Both the position numbers and the translations under genes were made by a program. From Barthelona sp. PCE (lineage: Eukaryota), in the NCBI GenBank assembly GCA_040285745.1, contig JAUFOR010000005.1:1-64000 (forward strand): 64,000 bases of DNA. The letters are read 5' to 3'. How positions within the stretch are numbered: the stretch's first letter is position 1; each line of letters opens with the position of its first letter. Below, in pieces: positions 48,686 through 60,300 of the stretch. The notes below the pieces were generated by a model that saw only the letters and a list, made by a program, of their open reading frames with translations, was not told the origin of the DNA and did no database searches.

Positions 48686-49894
48686 ATGGGATGCACGTCT
48701 TCGCACGCATTGGACGTAGTGTCACACGAAATAGAAGAAGAGGGAGTTGAGAAAACGAAATGCACCATTAACTCAACATCTTCAGTAGAATCAAGCAAAG
48801 CACAAACAGATCAGGATACTGGGCGGGTAGAGCAGCAAGAAGAACAGAAAGATGCTGAAAAAAGAGGATATCTAAATGTACTGGATATGTCACCCATCAT
48901 AGACGACTTAGATAGTAACATGAATTATAGCAGTGACTCAAACGCCATGCTTACAGAGCACCAAGTCATGACAAATAGTCTTACAGATTGTAGATTTGAA
49001 AGCACTTCAGAAAGTGAGGGTTTAGATTCATCTATTCCTAATTTAATTATATCACCAAACTACTCTCCAGTCTCCAATTCACTTATACTTGATAGGAATA
49101 TAGATTCTTCACCAGAAGTTATTTCTATGTCACATAAGTTAACTACACATCTTTTAGATCGTTCTGATCAATTAAGTTTACAGGTGAGAGTGTTGTTCAC
49201 AGGAGACCTGGGCGTGCTGTTCATTAGAACAGGTGTGTTACTAGTAATTGGACACGTTATATTTGAGATGGAGTATGATTTTAGTGAAGAATGTTTTTTA
49301 GGATGCTTTTCTATCCCAAAGGCATTAATGAATGCAATCTGTTATCTTTGCATTCCAAAAGGTAACGATATATATTGTAGTGACGTGGCAACTTTAAAGA
49401 ATATCATTCAAAATCAAGTAGAAGCAAATATTCAGTTATTTAACGTGGATGGTTGTTCAGAGTTAGATTTAGATGCTTCTGTTGTTGCACAGGTATGCGA
49501 TAAGTGTTCAGTGTCTGACCCGGTTGATTGCTATGTAAGTAGTCACGAAAATAGAGTGGTATCATTAGTACCAGCTCTTTTGAAGACGTCAATTTTTACA
49601 GAGCTTAACTTTGTTGCAGTAACAGAACACAGCACATTATCACTACTTTCTAATCCTACTGGAAGTTGGTACTCAACTTCAATCGATTTACATGATGCGG
49701 ATGTAGATGTAGATGAAGAAGAATTATTAATTACAATCATTTCAAATGGTTCGGAAAAAATTTTACAAACATTAGATGAATTGTCTTTTAATTATTTGTG
49801 TTCTCTATTAGCAAAAACACAATGTGAAATAGATACTTCATTGTATACAACAGTATCATTACCATCGTTTGATGTAATTGATAATTTATACTAA
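48686..49894 (+). CDS. Hypothetical protein with MGC acylation-type N-terminus
   Basis: 402-aa ORF; MGCTSS; Ser/acidic N-terminal half. Confidence 0.7.
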   Translation: MGCTSSHALDVVSHEIEEEGVEKTKCTINSTSSVESSKAQTDQDTGRVEQQEEQKDAEKRGYLNVLDMSPIIDDLDSNMNYSSDSNAMLTEHQVMTNSLTDCRFESTSESEGLDSSIPNLIISPNYSPVSNSLILDRNIDSSPEVISMSHKLTTHLLDRSDQLSLQVRVLFTGDLGVLFIRTGVLLVIGHVIFEMEYDFSEECFLGCFSIPKALMNAICYLCIPKGNDIYCSDVATLKNIIQNQVEANIQLFNVDGCSELDLDASVVAQVCDKCSVSDPVDCYVSSHENRVVSLVPALLKTSIFTELNFVAVTEHSTLSLLSNPTGSWYSTSIDLHDADVDVDEEELLITIISNGSEKILQTLDELSFNYLCSLLAKTQCEIDTSLYTTVSLPSFDVIDNLY

Positions 49895-49932
49895 TCGTTT
49901 ACAAACTAATTTCCAATAAAAAAGCATATGAA

Positions 49933-51312
49933 TTACTGTGCCATATGAGCTTCAATCTCTTCAACAGTCTTTGGTGCATTAGTCATGACTTCAACTCCAT
50001 CAGAAGTAATAAGTAGATCATCCTCAATTCTAATACCGGCTACATGTTTACGATACTCTGCAAGAACTTCAGTATCAATATGCATAGCTGTCTCAGGGTT
50101 GTCCAATAATGGCTGAATGAAAGCATCATTGAAATAGCATCCTGGTTCAGTGGTCATAGCCATACCCTCTTCAAGAACTCTACGCATACGGAGGTACATG
50201 ATACCAGGGCGATTGATGCGTTCAACGCCCTTAGGGTAACCACCAACATCGTGTACAGCAAGTCCAAGCAAATGACCTAAGCCATGTAAGTAAAAACCGT
50301 TAACAACGTGCTTAGCAAGGACTTCTTCGAGATCACCCTTAAGAATACCCAACTCAATGAGACCTTCAGCAATAATACGTTCAGTTAGGATATGCACATC
50401 CTCCCACAAAACGCCAGGCTTACACATCTTAATCGATTCAACGTTAGCCTTGAGAACAACTTCATACAAATTCTTTTGGTGTTCATTGAATTTACCAGTG
50501 GGTGGAAAAGTACGTGTGATATCACCAGCATATCCAAAGTACTCAGCGCCTGCATCGAGCAAGAAGAGTTTCTCAGTATCAATCAGGTCATCGTTCTTAA
50601 CGTAGTGCAGGGTAGCGGGGTTCATACCTGATGCTGCAATGGGAGCAAAAGCGTAGTGGCGACAGGCAGGTGTTTGTGAACGACATTCGTTCCACAGACG
50701 CATTTCAATGGCATTTTCCATCGTTCCTGGTTGGATTGGCTTCATTGCGGCACGGAAACCATCGCTTGTGAGGACAGCTGCCTTTCGTAACCACTCAATT
50801 TCCTGAGCAAACTTGTACAGACGGCATTCATTCATCTGCCACTCAATGTCTTCAAGGTTCCACTCGAATTGCAACTTGGACATGATGTCGGCAGAGGTGG
50901 TGTGCTTGACGGCATGGATAGCTGAAGGTTTGAGATCAGTTTTGATGAATTCAATAATATCATCAGCAAACATGCTCTCATCAGGTTGGTACTTCTCCAT
51001 GGTTGATTCAATGGAAGGGTTGGGGCCACACCACATCTCAAGAGCTGGGGACTGACGAGGAGGACAAAGGTAGTACTTTTTGTTGTCAAAGTCCAAAACT
51101 GCAACATAACCTGGTTCGTGACAGCCAGTGAAGTAGAGGAAGTTGTTCTCCTGCTTGAAGATCATCTCATAGTCAGACTCATAAAGATCGATCTGCTTTC
51201 CAGCTTCAAGAATAAGAATACCGGTAAAATCGGCAGCCTTATCATTAAAGAGGCGTTCGCGGGCGAGTTTAGCAATCTCGACTTGTAATTTTCTTTCTTC
51301 TTGAATGTTCAT
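49933..51312 (-). CDS. PEPD: Xaa-Pro dipeptidase (prolidase, M24B)
   Basis: F.QE.NF.Y.TG, DAGAEY.GY.GDITRTFP, HGLGH.LGL.VHDVGG, EPGCYF, GIRIEDD. Confidence 0.93.
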   Translation of the reverse strand: MNIQEERKLQVEIAKLARERLFNDKAADFTGILILEAGKQIDLYESDYEMIFKQENNFLYFTGCHEPGYVAVLDFDNKKYYLCPPRQSPALEMWCGPNPSIESTMEKYQPDESMFADDIIEFIKTDLKPSAIHAVKHTTSADIMSKLQFEWNLEDIEWQMNECRLYKFAQEIEWLRKAAVLTSDGFRAAMKPIQPGTMENAIEMRLWNECRSQTPACRHYAFAPIAASGMNPATLHYVKNDDLIDTEKLFLLDAGAEYFGYAGDITRTFPPTGKFNEHQKNLYEVVLKANVESIKMCKPGVLWEDVHILTERIIAEGLIELGILKGDLEEVLAKHVVNGFYLHGLGHLLGLAVHDVGGYPKGVERINRPGIMYLRMRRVLEEGMAMTTEPGCYFNDAFIQPLLDNPETAMHIDTEVLAEYRKHVAGIRIEDDLLITSDGVEVMTNAPKTVEEIEAHMAQ

Positions 51313-51699
51313 TGGAAGTTTGTAAAAAACTGGATATCAAACCATGACCACATTTTGTTGACCAAAAGATCGTTATGTTTTGCGTTTTATGTGGTCACAG
51401 TGTGTACTACCCATATAAACTTATCCTAAAAGTATATTCAGAAGAATCGTTTTCTTAGCATTTTTTTTAATATACACTTCATTGTTATGTATGATTTGCT
51501 TTATACAGACTGTCTATGTTGTAAAAATATGTGTATTGGAAATTTTTTAGTTAGGTTCACTTCATTTTTCAAACATTGGCATTATTTTTGTATCAAGATA
51601 TCTGTATTATGGCTGGAAACAAAGGGTACTGTTTATAAAAGTCTTAGAAATTAATATAGCATGTTTTTTTTTGTATATTCCATTTCAACGCACAAATCG

Positions 51700-54600
51700 A
51701 TGAGTTTTGTCGAAAGCAATCGATTAGTTCAAAAAACCGCCATTTCATCGACATCACAAGTACACAGGGGCTTGAAGAAACAAAGAATTTTCCCTAACAC
51801 AACATTCGATGCAAATTCGTTGATGAAACCGTTGAGCGCTGAACTTACAACACTAGGGACACAAAAACCACATATGCAAGTTGAGAAACAGAAGATCGCT
51901 GAACCGAAACAATTAGAGAAGTTTTCTATTCGATATTTACCTTCTAAATATCGTCCGGAGAAGGTTTCAATGGGTATTTCCGAGCGTGTGGCAGAACGAA
52001 CTCTTCATAGAACAAGAGAAGAGATTCATAATGAACGTTTAGAATATTTTGGCAAGAATGTTGAACAGTACCAGAAGGATATCAGACTGCATTGCATTGA
52101 CTACCACGAATGCCTCATGTATGATCTAAAACAATCTGAGATACATCTTAAAGATGTTCTTAATAACATCAATTTTGATGTCTTATCGACCTTAACAGAA
52201 CGAGAGATGGATCGTTACTGGTATGATAACTTCCAGGTCGTTCTAGACGGTCACGTGCAGCTGAGAGAGACCTATTCTACTGAAATTGAGCAAGCAACCA
52301 AGAGATTAAAAGAATATCTTGGTGAATTAACAAAGAATATTGTATATGATTTAGTTAAGAATGCTTTTAAATTACCAGACGCAATCAAAGCTGATATCAA
52401 GTTCAGAGTTGATGGTGCTAATGAAACAGTTGAAGATTTTTGTTTAAAGAGTCAAGTTCGTTTAGACACATTTACTGAAAAAGTTGATTCTATTGCTGTT
52501 TATTTCAAAACACAGTATGCAGAGATGTTAGAGAAGTGGAAGCGTCAGGCGAAGGCAGTTCGTCTTGGTCGTTTTGTAGATACAGTTTTTACTCGTGAAT
52601 TTGTTTTTTCTCCTGCTTTCCGTGATTCAGTAACTAATTTTAGTACAGAGATGAGGAACAGTTGTAAGGATATCATGACAATTGTGCAAAGATTGAGCAT
52701 ATGTGACATGAATCATGTCTCTCCTGAAGAAATGAGTAGCATAGCGGAGGAAGTTAAGAGCGTATCAAATGGTATGAAGGAACATGCCAATGCACTTAAG
52801 GAAGTACTCACCACCCATCTTCTTGATGATCTTAACACACGTTTTTCAGATTTATTACGGGAGACCATTGAGGGATTGTATTATATTATATCCAAAGGAG
52901 TTCAGGAAGTTGAACCAGATTTGGATATTTTAAAGCAGTGTATGGATATGACGCCCGAAACTCTTGAAATAGAGAAGGATGTAGTTATTATTCAAGTATA
53001 TGAGATTTATAATACTTTGTTTGGTCAATTAGAGAACATTATTAATGTTTATACTGAGCACTGTGAACGTGTTAACGGGTGCATTGATGCTCAGACGCAT
53101 GAGAACACTAATATAATTGAGATTTTTGTTGAGAATCGATCAAAAATAATTGATTATGTGAGTACATATCGTATCGGTCAACAAGAGAAGTATGACAAGC
53201 ATATCTTTGAGCAACAGCATGCATTTAAGCAACTTGATGTTGATGTTGAAGAGATGGAAAATGAATTCATGAAATTTGTAAGTGAAATTATGACTTGTAG
53301 TTCAAAAAAAATGTTATTTGAGAGAAAAGAGGAAGCAGAAAATGTTCTTAAGAAGATTGAGGATAGGTACAAGGATTTTTCAACCGATCTTGCAAGTACA
53401 AACTCTAATTCACTTGATGGCATTATCCAGTCTTCTGTTGAGACGGTTAATGAGTTTTTGATGGCTCAACAGTTGAATGTGACACGTGTTGAGTTGAAAA
53501 AGGGTCTGCTATCTCCAGATCATGGGTCTGTACGCTCAAAAAAGAGCACCAAGCGCAGCGGACGAGGTTCACAAAGGAAGAGTGCAAGACGCAGTTCAAG
53601 AAGAACGTTGACACCGCCTCCAGATCTCGTTCCATATATATTTGATTTTAAGCAGGTTACCGAAGAACTTGTTGTATCAGGTGCACGTATTTCAGAGAGT
53701 ACCGAAGAACAACAACGAACAATAAGTATAGAGAATGTATTTGAACTTGTTCGTTCGTCTAAATATCCAAATCTTTCACCATTATCAGCTGAAACCTCAG
53801 AAGCAACAACAACTCCCGTTGTTGAAGAGAAAGAAAAAAAGAAAAAGGACAAGAAGAAGAAAAAAGAAGTTGTTGATACTCCGATTCAAACGTCTGTTCT
53901 TCCTGCTCTTCCCAATATCTCAATGACAAATGACGCGAGTGAATACAAGAAGGAGTATGAAGTGATCACAGCACGTGCTCTCTCATCACGTACCCTCTCA
54001 GCAAAGAGTGAAGAGGTTGAAGAGGTTGTCGAAGAGGTTATCGAAGAAGAAGTCGGTGAAGTCTTACTGACGGATTTCAGATTGCCTTCGTTCTTATTTG
54101 AGGATCTACTTGAGACCTTTTTAAGTGATGTAATTCGTTTTTTCATTGCAGATCGTGAAGTACGTTATCTAAATTGTGAAGAATCATGTCTGGAATTTGT
54201 TAAACGTAGTGACGGTTTAGTATCTATTGCTCTCCGTGAGATCCAACCCCGATACAACGAGTTGAGGCTGGGGGTTGTTGAGCCACGCGAGAAAGAGTTA
54301 ATGCAGCATTCTCGTTCTGTAGACAGAGTTGTTAGTGGTATTGCAGCACGGGCATTACAATATATTAAGCGATTAGAACAAGGTGTTATTGAATCTGAAA
54401 GTGTATGTAGTGAACTGGAACAGAGAAGCGAAAAGTCAATTATTAATATGCATCGGTGTACAACATCCAATTCTCTTATGATTTTACTGAGAGAATTTGA
54501 GCGTAATTATCTGATCTCAGAGAAGGAATTGGGAGCAGTGCAGGATAAATGGAAGGATAAACTTACACATTGGCGAAACGAATTGGCTTCTATTGGTAGA

Positions 54601-56307
54601 AAGTTTCTAATGTCCCTCTCAAATCGACCTTCATCTGCTTTAAATACTGCACGTAGCATGGTAACAACGATGACAGGTATGACGGGTGTGCGCTCGAGCA
54701 CGTTTGTTCCTGAAGAAATAGAACATTTTGAGCAGTTAATCAATGCTTGTCTTGAAAGTATTGCAGAATCGTTTGATTCGGAGAAGATTAATATTGATGA
54801 TCAGCACAATACTTCACTTACCCGTTTGAGTGAGATTAAGGCTGCTTATGATGAATCTGTTAAAAATCACCAGGAAGACCTGAAGGTTACTGATGAGATT
54901 CAAGCAATCATGAATCATGGTTTTGGAGCATTAAGAACTGAATTTTCAGCATCAATGATGAATTTATCAACAATATCAAGACTTTTGAATGAACTTAAGA
55001 GTATAGTTGATGGTGAAGCTTATGTTCCTAATAAGGTTATCCGTATTATAAGTGATTTATCTGACGCTATTTATGCTCAGGGTACACGGGCAGATTTAAT
55101 TCGTGAAGATCCATACGTCAAGCCTGTATTTGAAAAGGATAGTGAGTATGCTTCAGTTAGTAAGATGAAACCAATATGTGAAAAAATTATTTCAGATAAT
55201 ATTAAGGAAGTTAAAGAAAAGTTTTCTTCATATTATAAGGCATTAAAACGTGACACAACACTACCAGAATTATTACCTCAAAAGACTGAAGATCAGGCTG
55301 CTATTGTTAACAAACATGAAACACGTATGAGTGAACAGTTGAGAGAACATCTCATTGATGGAGAGATTGCATTTCGTCAAAACCTCAGTGTTTTACTATC
55401 ATATATCCAGAAATTACCGCATGCTTTAGTTGAATCGATCAATAAGACTGTTTCTACTCTTAGTGATAAGATCAGTGCATCAGATATTGAAATTAAAGAA
55501 AAATTAGTTCAGTTAAAGAATGATCGAAATACTCTTTTGAAGAGACTTCCTGGACCAATGGCTGGTAATTGGGCGAATGAAGTTGTTGAAGCTTTACGTC
55601 TTGAAGAAGCAAAAGGAAGTGTTAGTGTTAAAAATACGATTGAAAATTTGGTTCAACAACAATCATCAGCAATAGTAGAAAGTTGGAGTCAAAAAGTACG
55701 TCGTATTGCGATTGAAATGTTTCAATTAGGTGAAATTTATGATAAACTTTTATTTAAGGAACATACCAAAGCGTTACATCCTGATATAGATCCTAATGAA
55801 GTCAATATGATAACTCAAAAAGATGTACGTCGTATGATGTTGGAGAGACAGCTTAACAAACAAGAGCTTGAGGAATCAAGAAGTGGGACTGATAAGTCTA
55901 AAGGTGTATTTGAAAAGCATACATGGTTAGAAATTCAATTGAAGCTTGAAACAAGAATTTCTAAACAAGAAGAAGAGGCACCAAAAGAAGCACCAAAGAA
56001 GGGAGCTGCAAAACGTGGTAAGAAGAGTGGTCGACAACAAGCTACAAAAGGTGCTTCTAAAGTGGATTCACTTGAGGAATCCGTTGCTGCTCAACCTCTA
56101 AACGTTCTTAATGTGCCTTCTCAGGATACCAGTCTATCACCTGCTCATCGTTCAGTAGATATTGTACGCCGTGTTTATTTGACCGAACTAACTGAAGAAA
56201 CCCAAGCTCATTTGGATCGGACAATAGACACTCTTGATGAATTCATCAAAAAGGAAGCAATGTGGGTACAAGATTGGGACTATCAACTTGCTCTACGTTT
56301 GCAATAA
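51700..56307 (+). CDS. Large coiled-coil protein, CCDC180/CFAP76-like
   Basis: About 1535 aa, coiled-coil with central low-complexity region; C-terminal H....R.VY...IK....W...W pattern recalls CCDC180. Confidence 0.6.
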   Translation: MSFVESNRLVQKTAISSTSQVHRGLKKQRIFPNTTFDANSLMKPLSAELTTLGTQKPHMQVEKQKIAEPKQLEKFSIRYLPSKYRPEKVSMGISERVAERTLHRTREEIHNERLEYFGKNVEQYQKDIRLHCIDYHECLMYDLKQSEIHLKDVLNNINFDVLSTLTEREMDRYWYDNFQVVLDGHVQLRETYSTEIEQATKRLKEYLGELTKNIVYDLVKNAFKLPDAIKADIKFRVDGANETVEDFCLKSQVRLDTFTEKVDSIAVYFKTQYAEMLEKWKRQAKAVRLGRFVDTVFTREFVFSPAFRDSVTNFSTEMRNSCKDIMTIVQRLSICDMNHVSPEEMSSIAEEVKSVSNGMKEHANALKEVLTTHLLDDLNTRFSDLLRETIEGLYYIISKGVQEVEPDLDILKQCMDMTPETLEIEKDVVIIQVYEIYNTLFGQLENIINVYTEHCERVNGCIDAQTHENTNIIEIFVENRSKIIDYVSTYRIGQQEKYDKHIFEQQHAFKQLDVDVEEMENEFMKFVSEIMTCSSKKMLFERKEEAENVLKKIEDRYKDFSTDLASTNSNSLDGIIQSSVETVNEFLMAQQLNVTRVELKKGLLSPDHGSVRSKKSTKRSGRGSQRKSARRSSRRTLTPPPDLVPYIFDFKQVTEELVVSGARISESTEEQQRTISIENVFELVRSSKYPNLSPLSAETSEATTTPVVEEKEKKKKDKKKKKEVVDTPIQTSVLPALPNISMTNDASEYKKEYEVITARALSSRTLSAKSEEVEEVVEEVIEEEVGEVLLTDFRLPSFLFEDLLETFLSDVIRFFIADREVRYLNCEESCLEFVKRSDGLVSIALREIQPRYNELRLGVVEPREKELMQHSRSVDRVVSGIAARALQYIKRLEQGVIESESVCSELEQRSEKSIINMHRCTTSNSLMILLREFERNYLISEKELGAVQDKWKDKLTHWRNELASIGRKFLMSLSNRPSSALNTARSMVTTMTGMTGVRSSTFVPEEIEHFEQLINACLESIAESFDSEKINIDDQHNTSLTRLSEIKAAYDESVKNHQEDLKVTDEIQAIMNHGFGALRTEFSASMMNLSTISRLLNELKSIVDGEAYVPNKVIRIISDLSDAIYAQGTRADLIREDPYVKPVFEKDSEYASVSKMKPICEKIISDNIKEVKEKFSSYYKALKRDTTLPELLPQKTEDQAAIVNKHETRMSEQLREHLIDGEIAFRQNLSVLLSYIQKLPHALVESINKTVSTLSDKISASDIEIKEKLVQLKNDRNTLLKRLPGPMAGNWANEVVEALRLEEAKGSVSVKNTIENLVQQQSSAIVESWSQKVRRIAIEMFQLGEIYDKLLFKEHTKALHPDIDPNEVNMITQKDVRRMMLERQLNKQELEESRSGTDKSKGVFEKHTWLEIQLKLETRISKQEEEAPKEAPKKGAAKRGKKSGRQQATKGASKVDSLEESVAAQPLNVLNVPSQDTSLSPAHRSVDIVRRVYLTELTEETQAHLDRTIDTLDEFIKKEAMWVQDWDYQLALRLQ

Positions 56308-56460
56308 AGCAATAATGTAAAAATATTCATTGTTTTCTTTTATTCCCTTTTTGAGGGTATAATTGTGGATAAATTCATTATACGCATGCCTAGAATACTA
56401 TTGTAAAAGATCAAAGCTTGTTTCAGTTTTTTTTCCTTTTCAGAAGAACTTACTCTTCAT

Positions 56461-57117
56461 ATGTGTTTAATTTTACCATTTAACCTTAGGACATTCAACA
56501 AAATATACATTGTAGTTATCGTTTCAGCTTGTTTACTTTCTATATCAGTTTTAGTTGGTTTGGCTTATAGTCATTATACTTTTCCTTTTATTATCTCACA
56601 AGCTGGAGTTTTTTTGCCAGAGGCTTTCTTTTTCCAATTTGCAATTTATTCAGCTGCTTTCTCTTTTGCATTATTCTGGTATCGAAGGAAAGATGTAGAA
56701 AAATACTCAAAAAAGGTCCACCTAACTATTTTATGGGTGGGGATCACTGGTTTTGTGTTTGTTGCAGCATTTAACACAAAGAGTTTTGAAATTTTTCATA
56801 CAATTGGTGCTGTGTGTATGTTTGGTGCTGTAGCTTTTGTTTTTGAAGGTAAATGGCAAACTGTATACGTGTTAGCTATTATCATTCACTTCTTTTGTAT
56901 GATAGTGAAGTTTTCAAATTATTTATATCCTGCGTTTATATCTGAATTTGCTGCTGTTGCATTAATGTATTATTATTTATATTTACAGACTAAAAAGATG
57001 GCTAAGGATGTTAGCTTTGACGAATATAACCCTCATGTTGTTGATTATCGTCAAAATTCAGAGAAAAAGCCAAAAAAATCTGAAAATAGATTTCCTGGAA
57101 AAGGAGTTAAGGTATAG
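56461..57117 (+). CDS. Frag1/DRAM/Sfk1-family membrane protein
   Basis: About 6 TMs; PFIISQAG..LPE..FF, H.IGA and SEF motifs. Confidence 0.7.
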   Translation: MCLILPFNLRTFNKIYIVVIVSACLLSISVLVGLAYSHYTFPFIISQAGVFLPEAFFFQFAIYSAAFSFALFWYRRKDVEKYSKKVHLTILWVGITGFVFVAAFNTKSFEIFHTIGAVCMFGAVAFVFEGKWQTVYVLAIIIHFFCMIVKFSNYLYPAFISEFAAVALMYYYLYLQTKKMAKDVSFDEYNPHVVDYRQNSEKKPKKSENRFPGKGVKV

Positions 57118-57331
57118 AAATAATTGATGGGATTGAATATTTTGATTTCAGCTTCACAAAACCATACAATTAATTCTTCTTCTTGAAAAAATCAAAAAGG
57201 AATAAATGGATTTTGAACTTTTCTTTTTTAGTTGTTTTTAATTTTTTTTAAAAAGAGACAATGGAACAGCAACACTTGGGGGAGGTCGTCATCCTTGGAA
57301 GTGCACGACTCAGAAGTACATTCACACTATC

Positions 57332-60300
57332 CTACGAAAAAAGTGTTTTTTTTCTTGCAACTTTATGACGTCCTGAACCGGTTCGTCTGATTTGATTTGG
57401 CAAAACAGAAGGTTGAGCGACAGTTTGTTGGTCCAAAGAGACATATGTAGAAAACCGCAAATCTCTAATATTTCCAAAATTCGTTACATACCTTCCAATA
57501 ACCTGTTTTTCACTCATAGCTTTTTTAGAACCAAATGCTAAATTTGTATATGTGTGTTGCATGGTGGAATGACCAAATCCAAAACTTTGCTGGTGATAAG
57601 TCTTCATTCTTCTGCCACGTCCACCTTCTTCAGGTTTCTTACCCTCCAATACGCATTGAATATGACCAATTAATCCAGTGGTATCCTGAAGAAGACATCT
57701 TTGATAAGCCTCTGGCATTTCTTCATGTAACGGTGCGAAAAGAATTCTTCCTTCCTCCGGTTTCGAACAAAAGTATTTCAGGAAGAAGACTATCCAGCTG
57801 TAAAGACGCTTCTTTCCAAGCTTCTTGATACTAGAAACAAACTCTTCTGGTGTAGGAGTTTTAAAACTATAATGCTGTGCTCCTCTGACATTGGGAGTTG
57901 CAATAGCAAAACGACATATATAATCAATTGCTTCAACGAACTCAACTTCCCGAACACCCATTAACAAAATGAAGTTGTTTGAGACATCAATGAACGGATA
58001 TTTGTCCATCATATTAACAGCAGTTGCAAACACTAAATCAAGGAATTCTGGTTCTTCGGCATAAACTGTATGACTGTATTTCAATGGATGTGCAGAGTAC
58101 TTGAACAATTCAATGCGATACTGATTATAATTCACTTTCATACCGGTTTTGAGAGGTTTAGTAACCATATTAGGATGAAGATTCTTCTTGTCCAAAATAT
58201 TCTTGAAATCATAAACGCCTTCAACAAATTTTGAATAAGCTTCTCTTCCAAGAGTCTTATACACTAAAAGTCCAAGACCAGGGATTGAATTATTGTAATC
58301 CATGCAAATGACATCGACTGAGTCCATGCACCACTCACCCAATTCATCACTTACGATAGAATCATAAGCTCTTGCCAATTGCAAAGAGCAGTGACGAACA
58401 ACATGAAGCATGCAACGTTTGTTGATTGGTTTAGCTTTCTCACCCTCTGGTTCGAAGCGAAGAACAGGTAAAATAACTGAACGTTCAAGCTGTGGGTAAA
58501 TTTCCAACCATGCCTCATGATCCAAGCGCTTCTTCAACGCTGTGAATAACTTACACATCTCCTTCAACAGTTCCTTGTTGGTTATGTATCGTTCGGCGCT
58601 TTCGGTAAAGATTGTGAACATTGGACTGTTTGTCCAGTCACCATTGGACTCGAACAAGCTCATTATCACTTCCACAGCAATGTTGAACAAAACCAATCGA
58701 ACATCAATAGAGATACGTTTCTTCCAGATCATTAAAATGAAATCATCAACATCAAGCGTACGATCGTGCATTGCTATCTGACGAGCGAGACAGATCACCA
58801 TCTTTGTTGAAGTAACCCCCAATTGATTTTCGCAGATATCGGTTATATCCTTCATAAACGTGTTCAATTGGTCCCCACTGAAATAGCGAATCATGGAGAG
58901 CAAATTGTTCATTGCCAGGGGTGAAGTACGGTTGAATTTGAGTGCATGCAATAAGAACTCGTAGTCGTTACCGAAACACTTGAAAATCTCGACAACAGCA
59001 TCTTCAATGTCGACAGAAAAACCGCGGCAGAGAACACATGCACCAATGACTTGATCGCGCTGAGATTCAGAAAGTGTAATGTTGTAAAAATGTGACAAAC
59101 AGTTGAACTCCTTAAAAAAGGCTTTGATATCGCCTAATCTTCCCATCAGGGCATCAAGTCTCTTCTTGGATGCCTGTGCTTCAACCTTGCTCGTTTCAGT
59201 ACTCTCCATGGTGGATAAAAGCTGCTTCTGCTTCTGAGTAATCTCTCCTAAAAGTGCGATGTACTCATCAAACTCACCCATAATCTCATCACGGATACTG
59301 TCTAGCTCACCCTGTCTTACAACCAGCAAGGGATCATACTTGATCTCTGAGGCATACTTACGCCACGTGGCACGGGTAATAGGAGGATGATAGTTTGTGC
59401 TAAAGGCGTGGAGACGTACACCTGGCTTGAACAAACGACTCTTGGCAATAGAAGTGCTCTTGATGACCTTTGCACCTGAAAGAAATCTTGCTTCTTTAAC
59501 TGCAAAAGTTGCTTTAAGATTTGGCAACGAACATCCCATATCAACCACAAGATTATCAAGACCGTACTCAGTCAAAAAATTCTGATTTGGAATCGTGATA
59601 CGTTGTTCTGTTTCGTTTTCTACACTAAAGTACTTTAGACTCTCGCAAAACTTCTTGAGAAATGCGCTGAGGTTTCCACGCATGTTGGGTTTCAGAGGAC
59701 CAGCAAACGCTCCCTTGATAACATCCACCCAGAATGGAACATTAATACTTGTGTTCTCCTTATACTTTGCAACAACATCTTTTTTAGCAGCCTGTTCCCT
59801 AAAAAAGCTATCACGGGTGAAGCTTCCATTCTTTAAAAGGTGCTTCATGGAAAACTGGGGTGGAAAATCGGGATAGATCAAAGGAATATCCAATTGGTAG
59901 GTATCCATTTCGCTTTCTGTAAAGAAGTGTGTCATCTCCCTCAGATAATATGCAGCTGCCTCAATAACATCATTCCCCTGAGGTGAAAGAGATATGCTAC
60001 AAAGTGGTGAAGTCCACGTTTCTGAGAAGAAAATGTTTTTGTTGCAACTCGTTGGAGAAGCCAACATGAAATTTAGTGACTTGAATATTTCAATGATAAT
60101 ATCAGTATGAAAGATTGCGGTACAAGGAACTATAACCTTCTCGTAACCTCCATCACAAAAAGTCAGAATGTAGGTTACGAATAATTGATTTAGAATCATA
60201 TTTGTTGCGGAAGAGTTGGATGATAAGTCTCAGTGCTTCAAGTTCGAGATCTCCTTCCCATAAAAGGTACCTAGAAAGGAAACAAGCAACAACATCAACA

